From the NCBI GenBank assembly GCA_963797175.1, contig CAWCOL010000011.1, positions 95,853 to 159,852 of the forward strand: a stretch of 64,000 nt of DNA, written 5' to 3'. The number at the start of each line of letters is the position of its first letter. Positions within the stretch are counted from its first letter, which is position 1. Position numbers and translations under genes: made by a program. The notes below the pieces were generated by a model. That model made no database searches, was not told the origin of the DNA, and saw nothing but the letters and a program-made list of their open reading frames with translations. This document shows positions 1 through 7,879 of the stretch, one piece after another. The stretch is from an uncultured Actinomycetes bacterium. GTDB taxonomy: Bacteria > Actinomycetota > Thermoleophilia > Gaiellales > JAICJC01.

Positions 1-776
1 CCGGCATCCACGGCGCGCTGAGCGTGCTGGAGGCGCTGGGCGCGCGGGGGACGCTGACGCTGAGCGATCTGGCCGCGGAGCTGGGGATGCCCAAGAGCAC
101 CCTGCACCGCGTCTGCGCCGCGCTCGTCGAGCGCGGCTGGGCGCTGCGCCGCCGCGACGGAGGCTACGAGCTCGGCATCCGCGCGCTCGGCGTCGGCGCC
201 CGGGCGGAGGAGCTGCCGGTCGTCACGGCGTTCCGCGGCGTCGCGTCCGACCTGCTCACCCGGCACAACGAGACCGTGTGCCTGGCGGTCGTGGACGGCG
301 ACGAGTCGGTGTTCGTGGCGATCGAGCACACCAGCTACCCGGTCCGTCTGATGACGCACGTGGGCACGCGAACGCCGGCGTTCGCCTCGGCCAGCGGCCG
401 CATCGTGCTGGCCGAGCGGCCGGACGACGCCATCTCCGGCGAGTACGGCGGCCGCGCCCTGGTCACGCCGTCGGGCCGGCGGCTGCGCGGCCTGGCCGAG
501 CTGCGTGAGATCCTGGACGCCGTGCGCCGCGAGGGCTACGCCGAGAACCACGAGGAGACCGCCGTCGGGCTGTACGCCGCGTCCGTCCCGGTGCGCAACC
601 GCCGGGGCAACGTGCTGGCGGCGCTGACGCTGTGCGTGCCCACGTCGCGGATGGGCGGCGATCGCCGGGAGCGGCTGCTGGCCGACCTGGCCGCCGCGGG
701 GCGGCGGCTGTCGGAGGACGTGGCCTGGCTGCCCGCCTACCACGCCCAGCGGGCCGAGCGCGAGGGCCCGGCGTGA
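1..776 (+). CDS. IclR-family transcriptional regulator (5' end probably outside window)
   Basis: ORF 24..776; the frame is open back to base 3. Has an N-terminal wHTH-like segment LSDLAAELGMPKSTLHRVCAALVERGW and an IclR-like effector domain. GC3 is high. Confidence 0.85.
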   Translation, partial: GIHGALSVLEALGARGTLTLSDLAAELGMPKSTLHRVCAALVERGWALRRRDGGYELGIRALGVGARAEELPVVTAFRGVASDLLTRHNETVCLAVVDGDESVFVAIEHTSYPVRLMTHVGTRTPAFASASGRIVLAERPDDAISGEYGGRALVTPSGRRLRGLAELREILDAVRREGYAENHEETAVGLYAASVPVRNRRGNVLAALTLCVPTSRMGGDRRERLLADLAAAGRRLSEDVAWLPAYHAQRAEREGPA

Positions 777-1717
777 GGGCGATCGTCTTCACCGGTGCGG
801 GCGGCGCCGAGGTGATGGCGCTCGAAGAGCGGCCCGACCCCGTGCCGGGAGCGAACGAGGTGGTGGTGGCGGCGACCCATGCCGGCCTGAACCCCGCCGA
901 CCTGGCGCAGCGCGCCGGCCGCTACCCGGCGCCGCCCGGCTCGGTGGCCGACGTCCCGGGGCTCGAGGTGGCCGGCGAGGTGGTCGCGTGCGGCGCGCAG
1001 GTCACGGCCTGGTCGCCGGGCGACCGCGTGTTCGGCGTGGTCGGCGGCGGCGGGCTGGCCGACCGGGTGCTGGTGCACGAGCGCCACGTCGCCCGCGTGC
1101 CTGACCGCCTGTCGGGCGAGCAGGCCGCGGCCGTTCCCGAGGCCTTCATCACCGCGCACGACGCGGTCTTCACCCAGTGCGGCCTGCGGATGGGCGAGAC
1201 GCTGCTGGTCAACGGCGCCAACGGCGGCGTCGGCTCGGCCGGCGTCCAGCTGGGCGTGGCCTGCGGCGCGCGGGTGCTCGCCAATGCCCGCTCCGACGAG
1301 GCCCGCGAGCGGCTGGCGGCGATGGGCGCCGACCCGGTCGCGCTGGACGACGTGCGCGACGAGGCGGATGTCGTGCTCGAGCTGGTGGGGGCGCCCAACC
1401 TGCCCGGCGACCTGCGCGCTGTCGCCTCGAAGGGGCGGATCGTGATCGTCGGCACCGGCGCCGGCGTGGACTCGGAGCTCTCGCTGCGGTCGCTGATGGG
1501 CAAGCGCGCGCACCTGATGGGCACGCTGCTGCGTGCGCGGCCGATGGAGGAGAAGGGTGCCGCCGTGCAGGCGTTCGCCCGCGAGGTGGTGCCGCTGCTG
1601 GCCTCGGGCCGCGTGGCACCGCTGATCGACCGCATCTTCCCGGCGGAGGAGGCGGCCGCGGCATTCGACCACCTGGCGGCTCCGGGCAAGTTCGGCAAGG
1701 TACTCCTCAGCTTTTGA
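773..1717 (+). CDS. NADPH:quinone oxidoreductase / zinc-type alcohol dehydrogenase superfamily (MDR)
   Basis: A GTG at 773 overlaps the upstream TGA (GTGA). The product starts VRAIVFTGAGGAEVMALEERPDP and contains GLNPADL and a GANGGVG Rossmann motif. ORF-track entry 632..1717 is the same frame with an upstream artefactual extension. Confidence 0.85.
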   Translation: MRAIVFTGAGGAEVMALEERPDPVPGANEVVVAATHAGLNPADLAQRAGRYPAPPGSVADVPGLEVAGEVVACGAQVTAWSPGDRVFGVVGGGGLADRVLVHERHVARVPDRLSGEQAAAVPEAFITAHDAVFTQCGLRMGETLLVNGANGGVGSAGVQLGVACGARVLANARSDEARERLAAMGADPVALDDVRDEADVVLELVGAPNLPGDLRAVASKGRIVIVGTGAGVDSELSLRSLMGKRAHLMGTLLRARPMEEKGAAVQAFAREVVPLLASGRVAPLIDRIFPAEEAAAAFDHLAAPGKFGKVLLSF

Positions 1718-2690
1718 TGATCGGGCGGCGGGTCGACCGGCGCACCGTCAGCTGCGGCATCAGCACGATGCTGCCGGCGGCGGGCAGCCCGGCGATCGCG
1801 TGCTCGAGGGCCGCGGCCGCGCCGGTGGCGGCAGCCGGCGTGTCCCAGCCGACCGCGGTCAGCGGTGGGTCGAGCAGCCGCGAGATCGGGTGGTCGTCGA
1901 AGCCGACGACCGACAGGTCGCGCGGCACCCGCAGCCGCAGGTCGCGGCACGCGTCGTAGACGCCGTAGGCAACGGAGTCCGAGAGCGCGAACACGGCCGT
2001 GGGGCGGTCGGGGCGCCCCAGCACGCGCAGCGCGGCCGACCGCGCCTCGCCAACGGCCAGCCCGCAGCGGACGCGGCGCACGCCGCGACGGCGCGGCAGC
2101 CGGTGGGGCGAGGCGCCGAGCACCGCGATCCGCTCGTGGCCGAGCCCGCGCAGGTGGTCGAGCGCCAGCGCGATCCCCGCCTCGGACGCGAATCGCACGG
2201 CGCGGGCGGGAGCGGGGAGGGAGGCGTTCACCGAGACGGTGGGCGTCGCCCGTGCAATCCGCCGCCAGCGCGGCGCGGCGGGGTCGAGCGGCAGCACGAT
2301 CAGTCCGTCCACGCGCTGGTCGGCGAGGTCCTCGGCCAGCTCCAGCTCGGCCGCCGGGTCGCCCGCCGCGTCGGCCAGCAGCAGGTGGAGGCCGCGGTCG
2401 CGCAAGGCGCGGCTCAGGTGGGAGACGAACTCCTGGTGCCAGTAGTCCGCCAGGCTGCCGCCGACGACGCCCACCATCCCCGTGCGGCCTCCGCGGAGGG
2501 CGCGCGCCACCGGGTCGCTGCGGAAGCCGATCCGGTCGGCCTCGCGGCGCACGCGCGCTGCCGTCTCGGGGGACACCCGCTCGCCGCGCAGGGCGTAGGA
2601 GACACCGGCCGGGGAGAGCCCGGTGAGCTCGGAGAGCTCCCGCAGGGTGGGTCGGTTGCGCCGGACGGGCGGTTTCGTCACAATGGCCAT
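1707..2690 (-). CDS. LacI-family transcriptional regulator
   Basis: Start MAIVTKPPVRRNRPTLRELSELTGLSPAGVSYALRG (HTH), followed by a periplasmic-binding-fold-like domain. ATG at 2690; an alternative GTG is at 2681. The ORF-track 1707..2948 extension is R/S-rich junk. Confidence 0.85.
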   Translation of the reverse strand: MAIVTKPPVRRNRPTLRELSELTGLSPAGVSYALRGERVSPETAARVRREADRIGFRSDPVARALRGGRTGMVGVVGGSLADYWHQEFVSHLSRALRDRGLHLLLADAAGDPAAELELAEDLADQRVDGLIVLPLDPAAPRWRRIARATPTVSVNASLPAPARAVRFASEAGIALALDHLRGLGHERIAVLGASPHRLPRRRGVRRVRCGLAVGEARSAALRVLGRPDRPTAVFALSDSVAYGVYDACRDLRLRVPRDLSVVGFDDHPISRLLDPPLTAVGWDTPAAATGAAAALEHAIAGLPAAGSIVLMPQLTVRRSTRRPIIKS

Positions 2691-3675
2691 GTTAAACGAT
2701 TCACCGAATCCGATACCGGGAGCGACCCTGCGCACCGATCTGCACCAGCACCTGTGGCCCGACCGGCTCGTCCACGCGCTGCGGGGGCGCGACCGGTCGC
2801 CGCGGCTGGACGGCGACACCGTCCACGTCGTCCACGAACGGCCGTTCCTGCTCGATCTCGCCGCACAGCGCGTGGCGACGCGCGTTGCCGCGATGGACAC
2901 CGTCGGCATCGACCGCGCCGTGATGTCACTCTCGACACCGGTCGGCATCGAGGCGCTGCCGGCGGCCGAGGCCGTGCCGCTGCTGGACGCCTACCACGAG
3001 GGGATGGTCGAGGCGATGGCCGAGTCGGGCGGCAGGCTGGCCGCCTGGGCCGCCTGCCCGCTGGACATGCCGGATGCGGGCGCGGAGATGATCGGCGAGC
3101 TGGTCGGCGGGGGCGGCTTCGTCGGCGCATCGATCGCCAGCGAGGCGCTCGCCTCCGATCGCGGCCTTGATCGCTGCCGGCCGCTGCTGTCGGTGCTGGA
3201 ACGCCTCGACGCGCCCCTCTTCGTGCACCCCGGCCCGGCGCCGTGGACGCCGCCGTACGGCGAGGAGCCGGACGTGCCGTGGTGGTGGCGCAACCTGGCG
3301 GTGTACCCCGGGCTGATGCTGCGCGCGTTCTACACCTGGCGCATGATCGGCGCCGCGCGGCACCCGAGGCTGCGGGTGCTGTTCACGATCATGGCCGGCG
3401 GAGCGCCGGCGCTGGAAGGCCGCTACCGCACCTTCAGCGGCGAGCCGGGGGAGATCGATCCGCGCGTCTTCCTGGACGCCGCCTCGAGCGACCGCCGCGC
3501 GCTCGAGCTGGCGCTGGCGACGTACGGCATCGAGCAGGTCGTGTACGGCACCGACTTCCCTGTCATCCCGGGCAACGCCTTGATGCTGGCCCTGGAGGAG
3601 ATGGGCCAGCCGGTCGTGGAGGCGGTGCTGGATCGCAACGTGGCGACGTTGCTGGGCGAGACCGAAGGAGGTTGA
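2683..3675 (+). CDS. Amidohydrolase-2 (ACMSD-like metal-dependent hydrolase) family protein
   Basis: MAMLNDS...TDLHQHLWPD has an HxH metal motif near the N-terminus and a later GTDFPV motif. ATG at 2683 or 2689. Confidence 0.75.
   Translation: MAMLNDSPNPIPGATLRTDLHQHLWPDRLVHALRGRDRSPRLDGDTVHVVHERPFLLDLAAQRVATRVAAMDTVGIDRAVMSLSTPVGIEALPAAEAVPLLDAYHEGMVEAMAESGGRLAAWAACPLDMPDAGAEMIGELVGGGGFVGASIASEALASDRGLDRCRPLLSVLERLDAPLFVHPGPAPWTPPYGEEPDVPWWWRNLAVYPGLMLRAFYTWRMIGAARHPRLRVLFTIMAGGAPALEGRYRTFSGEPGEIDPRVFLDAASSDRRALELALATYGIEQVVYGTDFPVIPGNALMLALEEMGQPVVEAVLDRNVATLLGETEGG
2691..2704. promoter_or_regulatory. Candidate LacI-type operator (imperfect palindrome centred on CG)
   Basis: GTTAAACGATTCAC matches its own reverse complement at 10 of 14 positions. 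It has the AAnCGnTT-like core typical of LacI operators and lies directly at the divergent start codons. Confidence 0.4.
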
Positions 3676-3677
3676 CG

Positions 3678-4205
3678 ATGACCGAGCAGGAGCTGAACCG
3701 CGTACGGGCATTCGTGCGCGAGCGGCTCGCCGAGGGGCGGGAGATGGAGCCGGCCGAGCTGGCGGTGCTGGCCGAGGAGCTGGCGGCGCAGCCCGACCTG
3801 TGGCGGCCGTTCGTCCGACACGACGCGGGCGAGCGCGTCTTCACCGAGATCCACCGCGACCACCACATCGACGCCTGGCTGATCTGCTGGTCGGGCGGCC
3901 AGGAGACGGGGCTGCACGACCATGACCTGTCCGGCGGCGCGGTGCGGGTGATCGACGGCAGCCTGGCCGAGGACCGGCTCGTGTTCGGCCGCACCGGCGT
4001 GGAGACCGTGACGTACGGGCCCGGCGAGCGCTTCCTGTTCGACTCGTCCCGGATCCACGACGTCCGCCACGTCGGCGAGGTGCCCGCGGTGTCGCTGCAC
4101 CTGTACTCGCCGCCGCTGTGGCGGATGGGGTACTACGACGTCGCGGAGGACGGCCGCATCTCGCGCCGGTCGGCCAGCTACGCGGAGGAGTTCCAGCTCC
4201 AGTAG
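3678..4205 (+). CDS. Cysteine dioxygenase type I-like cupin protein
   Basis: ATG at 3678 is preceded by GAAGGAGG (3664-3671). Contains the motif GLHDHDLSGGAVRVIDG. ORF-track entry 3243..4205 is the same frame with upstream junk. Confidence 0.7.
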   Translation: MTEQELNRVRAFVRERLAEGREMEPAELAVLAEELAAQPDLWRPFVRHDAGERVFTEIHRDHHIDAWLICWSGGQETGLHDHDLSGGAVRVIDGSLAEDRLVFGRTGVETVTYGPGERFLFDSSRIHDVRHVGEVPAVSLHLYSPPLWRMGYYDVAEDGRISRRSASYAEEFQLQ

Positions 4206-4234
4206 GCACCGTCTGCTGCCGATACGTGTCGTGT

Positions 4235-5498
4235 ATGCGACGGGTCGTGGTGGCGGTGGCGATGGTGATGGTGCTGGCGGCGGGCTGCGGCGGCGGCGGT
4301 GGCGCCGCGCCCTCGGCGGCGCCTGATCCGACGCACCGGCATGACCGCAAAGCAGCGGTACGCCGCCGCGGCGCCGGTGGTGCGCAGGTACCTGACGCGG
4401 CTGGCGGCGAACGACGTCCTCACCGCGCAGCACAGCGCCGACGTCACGTCGCGCTGGCAGGACCAGCAGACGCTCGCCAAGCTCCGCTCCTGGCTCCAGC
4501 GCATCCCGATCGGCCAGCTCAAGCTGACCGAGACGCCGTACCGCAAGACCGAGCCGGGCACGACCGGCGTGCTGGTCACGATGAGCGCGCGGCTGAAGCC
4601 GGCGCCGCTCTCGCAGTGGGTGCAGCTCGGCCGCCGCGTGATCACCGCTCGCTGGGCGGACGGCGGCTGGAAGGTCGTGGCCGACGAGACGGGACGCAAG
4701 GGCGTCAAGGTGAAGCAGGTCGGCCTGTCCCTCTTCCCCGAGCCGTCGGTGCTGTCGGGCAAGCACGCCAGCGTGGTGTCGGAGGAGGTCGAGGCGGGCG
4801 AGGACGCCCGCGAGATCCTGGCCGACGCGGACGACTTCATCCCCTCCCTGGCTCACGCCTACGGCAAGGGCGCGGCGGCGCAGCACCCGGTCATCTTCCT
4901 CGTGCGCGACGTCAGGCAGGGCGAGCAGCTCTCGGGCGTCAAGAACTTCCGCAAGGAGGTGCCGCAGGGGTTCGTCCTCAACGCGACCGCGTACATCGAG
5001 TGGCCGCAATGGGGCACCTCGACGACGCTCGAGCGGGACAGCGTGATCGCACACGAGCTGACGCACGTCGCCAGCTGGGAGTTCCTCGGCAAGTCGCCGC
5101 ACAGCATGTTCGAGGGGCTCGCCATGTACCACCAGGACCGGTTCGTGCGGCAGTTCGGCTACCTGTACCCGCTGCGCAACGTCGTCGCCGCGTACCGGTC
5201 GGGCCAGTTCCCGTCGATCGTGGTGTGGCAGCGGCGGATGACCGACTGGGGGCTGAAGAGCCCGGCCGCGGTCGACCTCTGCTACGAGGACGCCCAGGCG
5301 ATGGTGGCGGCGATCCTCACGCGCCACGGCGGCGCGGCGGGCCTCGGCAGGCTGGCGCGGGCCTTCACCGCGTACCACCTGAAGGGCTTCGTCTACAGCC
5401 AGCAGCAGGTGCGGGACGCGTTCCAGCACGGGCTCGGCGTCTCGTTCGACCAGGTGGTCGCCGAGGCGCACGCGTACGCCGCCGCGCACGCGGGCTGA
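4235..5498 (+). pseudogene. Putative lipoprotein with an HExxH metallopeptidase-like motif, split by an apparent +1 frameshift
   Basis: A signal peptide plus lipobox, MRRVVVAVAMVMVLAAGC, is in frame 2 from 4235. The GC3-supported body (HELTH motif, ORF 4299..5498) is in frame 0. The frames switch somewhere in 4300-4340. Confidence 0.55.
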
Positions 5499-5520
5499 GC
5501 CAGCCGGTAACGTCCGCCGG

Positions 5521-6648
5521 GTGAGCGATCTGCACCGGCTGCTCGCCGATCTCGTCGCCGTCGAGTCCGTCAATCCCGACCTCGTCCCGGGCGGCACCGG
5601 CGAGGCCGCGATGGCACGGTTCGTCGCGTCGTGGCTGGCCGCGGCGGGGCTCGAGGTGCGGGTGGACGAGGTCGCGCCGGGCCGCTGCAACGTCGTCGCC
5701 GTGGCGCGCGGTACGGGCGGCGGCCGCTCGCTGCTCCTGAACGCGCACATGGACACCGTGGCGCTGGACGGCGTCGACCGGCCGCTGGTCGGGCGGATCG
5801 AGGACGGCCGCATGTACGGCCGCGGCGCCTACGACATGAAGGCGGGGCTGGCGGCGATCATGTGGGCCGGGGCCGAGGCCGCCCGCCGGCCGCGGGCCGG
5901 CGACGTGATCGTGACCGGAGTGTGCGACGAGGAGTACGCCAGCATCGGCGCGCAGGCGCTGGTGCAGAGCACATGGGCCGACGCGGCGATCGTGACGGAG
6001 CCGACCGGCGACCGGGTGCGGATCGCGATCGCGCACAAGGGGTTCACCTGGCACCGGATCGAGGTGCGCGGCCGGTCGGCGCACGGCTCGCTGCCGGACG
6101 AGGGCGTCGACGCGATCGCGCACATGGGCCGGGTGCTGGCCGGGATCGAGCGGCTCTCCGGGGAGCTGGCCGACCGCGAGCCGCATCCCCTGCTCGGGCA
6201 CGGGTCGATCCACGCCTCGCTGATCGAGGGCGGCCGCGAGCTCTCCAGCTACCCCGACCGCTGCGTGCTCCAGCTCGAGCGGCGCACGTTGCCCGGAGAG
6301 ACACAGGAGGTGGTGGAGGGCGAGCTGAACGCGATCCTGAGCGAGCTCGCCGCCGCGGACCCGACGTTCCAGGCGGAGCTGCACACGTCGCTGGTGCGCC
6401 CGCCGCTGGGGACGGATGCCGGCGAGCCGATCGTCGAGGCCGCCCGTGCCGCCCTGGGGCCGGACGTCGAGCTGATCGGCGTGCCGTTCTGGGCCGACTC
6501 CGCGCTGATCGCCCAGGCCGGCATCCCCACCATCATCTTCGGCCCCGGCGGGGCCGGCGCGCACGCCGACGTCGAGTGGGTCGACCTTGCCCAGCTCGAC
6601 CGGGTGGCCGAGGCGCTGATCGCGGTCAGCGCCTCGTTCTGCGGCTGA
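5521..6648 (+). CDS. M20-family metallopeptidase (ArgE/DapE/acetylornithine deacetylase-like)
   Basis: LLADLVAVESVNPDL, LLLNAHMDTV and DEEYASIGA are typical M20 motifs. Confidence 0.85.
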   Translation: MSDLHRLLADLVAVESVNPDLVPGGTGEAAMARFVASWLAAAGLEVRVDEVAPGRCNVVAVARGTGGGRSLLLNAHMDTVALDGVDRPLVGRIEDGRMYGRGAYDMKAGLAAIMWAGAEAARRPRAGDVIVTGVCDEEYASIGAQALVQSTWADAAIVTEPTGDRVRIAIAHKGFTWHRIEVRGRSAHGSLPDEGVDAIAHMGRVLAGIERLSGELADREPHPLLGHGSIHASLIEGGRELSSYPDRCVLQLERRTLPGETQEVVEGELNAILSELAAADPTFQAELHTSLVRPPLGTDAGEPIVEAARAALGPDVELIGVPFWADSALIAQAGIPTIIFGPGGAGAHADVEWVDLAQLDRVAEALIAVSASFCG

Positions 6649-6748
6649 CCTCCGGTGCCGGGCACCGAGCCCGGCACGGACTCCGGCACGGAGTCTGGCA
6701 CCGACTCCGGCACCGTGCCCGGCACCAGTTCGGGTCCAGGTGCCAGGG
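6649..6748. repeat. REP-like array, about 7 units with 12-nt phasing (consensus about ACCGACTCCGGC)
   Basis: Units read accgagcccggc / acggactccggc / acggagtctggc / accgactccggc / accgtgcccggc / accagttcgggt. Terminal hairpins are GGTGCC-g-GGCACC (6654-6666) and GGCACC..GGTGCC (6721-6743). It fills the gap between two convergent stop codons. Confidence 0.8.
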
Positions 6749-7312
6749 TCAGCGCCACGGCGCCGGCGCCGGGAGCGGCACCATGCCGTCGCTGACGAAG
6801 CGCTCCAGGGAGGCGATCGAGCTGAACTGGTCGCGGATCCAGTCGAGGTCGAGGAAGGTCGGCGCCGGGTCGAGCCCGATCATCGCCCTGTAGGACGACG
6901 GTCCCCAGTCGGCCGGCGCCATGCACTGGTGCGCGCGCACGGGATTGAGCGCGAGGTAGCGGATCGTCTCCTTGAGGTGCGAGTCCGAGTCGATCATCTC
7001 GGCGTGGTACCGCCGCTCGAACAGGTGGCCGCGAAGGCCGTGGCGACGGTTGAACTTGCGGGCGTACTCCGAGTTCAGCTGCTGCATCCCGGCCGCCAGG
7101 TTGGGCTCGGGCGTGCGCGCCACGAGGTGGTAGTGGTTGGTCATCAGGCAGTAGGCGAACATGCGCCAGCCGTAGCGGGCCTGCACCTTCGCAACTAGCG
7201 CGAGGAAGAGCCGGTGGTCGTGTTCGGTGAAGAACACGACCTGGCCGCCGTTGCCGCGCATGGTCAGGTGGTAGAAGCCGTCGGCGATCTGGATTCTGAG
7301 TGGTCTGGACAT
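6749..7312 (-). CDS. REP-associated tyrosine transposase (RAYT; IS200/IS605-like Y1 HUH transposase domain)
   Basis: Has the HUH motif NHYHLV and the Tyr region ETIRYLALNPVRA. The product is 187 aa. No IS ends are apparent, but it is flanked by palindromic repeats. Confidence 0.8.
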   Translation of the reverse strand: MSRPLRIQIADGFYHLTMRGNGGQVVFFTEHDHRLFLALVAKVQARYGWRMFAYCLMTNHYHLVARTPEPNLAAGMQQLNSEYARKFNRRHGLRGHLFERRYHAEMIDSDSHLKETIRYLALNPVRAHQCMAPADWGPSSYRAMIGLDPAPTFLDLDWIRDQFSSIASLERFVSDGMVPLPAPAPWR

Positions 7313-7395
7313 GCCGCCAGCGTACGGACACCTCGCGTCACGGTGCTCGCACCACCCGTGCCGGATCCGTCACGGTTCGCTCACGTATGTGAAGT

Positions 7396-7470
7396 CCTCC
7401 GGCACCGAGTCTGGCACCGAGCCGGAGTACGTGCCGGAGTCAGTGCCCGGCTCGGTACCGGAGAACGATT
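7396..7470. repeat. REP-like array (2 forward plus about 3 inverted 12-nt units)
   Basis: Sequence ggcaccgagtct ggcaccgagccg gagtacgtgccg gagtcagtgccc ggctcggtaccg. Positions 7401-7417 are complementary to 7431-7447 at 14 of 17 positions. Confidence 0.8.
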
Positions 7471-7473
7471 CGG

Positions 7474-7869
7474 CTACCCGGAGACGGCGTCCGAGATCCA
7501 CTGGCCGAAGGCCTGCGGATCGGCCGTGCTGGAGCCGCCCACGCAGACGATCCGGGTGCCCGGCTCGAGCGCGGCGTAGGAGCGGACGGCGGCCGGATCG
7601 GGTGCCGCGACCACGGTGCCGGGCCCGGCCTCGACGCGGTCGTCGCCGATCTCGAAGGCGGCGCGGCCGGAGACGACGATGTACGCCTCCTGCTGGCCGG
7701 TCTCCTCCTCGGAGTGGCTGATGTCGAAGTCCTCGCCCGGGTCGCACACGATCGCGTTGATCCCGAACCCGGTCACGCCCAGCGGCCCGTTCAGTTGCTG
7801 CCACCGGCCGTACGGCGTCTCGGAGATCGGCTGGTCGTCGAGATTCACAGAGGCCACTGGCCCTCCCAT
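7474..7869 (-). CDS. Cupin-domain protein
   Basis: 131-aa ORF with good GC3 and a single cupin-like beta-barrel sequence (EAYIVVSGRAAFEIGDD...GTVV). Confidence 0.6.
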   Translation of the reverse strand: MGGPVASVNLDDQPISETPYGRWQQLNGPLGVTGFGINAIVCDPGEDFDISHSEEETGQQEAYIVVSGRAAFEIGDDRVEAGPGTVVAAPDPAAVRSYAALEPGTRIVCVGGSSTADPQAFGQWISDAVSG

Positions 7870-7879
7870 TCGTCAGTTC

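Larger units (their letters stand above)
6649..7470. mobile_element. REPtron-like unit: RAYT-type transposase gene plus flanking REP-like arrays
   Basis: See the component features. Repeat arrays on both sides share the unit GGCACCGA[GC]TC[CT]GGCAC in both orientations. Confidence 0.65.

Noticed and set aside
3423-5813. Very long antisense or off-frame ORFs: 3423-5813, 15895-18570, 22515-24653, 54714-57002, 33934-36033 and others.
   Set aside because: Their translations are R/G/A/P-rich low-complexity sequence with no motifs. They overlap genes that have clear family motifs and correct GC3 bias. This is the usual stop-codon-poor off-frame artefact of DNA at about 72% GC.
6649-6748. Possibility that the short tandem repeats are a CRISPR array.
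   Set aside because: The units are 12 nt, directly abutting, with no unique spacers and no cas genes in the window. Both orientations of the unit occur within the same arrays, which fits REP/BIME-like elements instead.
6249-7331. Repeat-peptide stretches such as PGTVPESVPDSVPESVPGSVPGT and SSGTESGTEPEYVPESVPGSVPE in several ORFs, which could be mistaken for a collagen-like or PE/PPE-like repeat protein.
   Set aside because: They are simply translations of the 12-nt-phased REP-like DNA arrays. The surrounding ORFs are off-frame junk or antisense to the RAYT gene.
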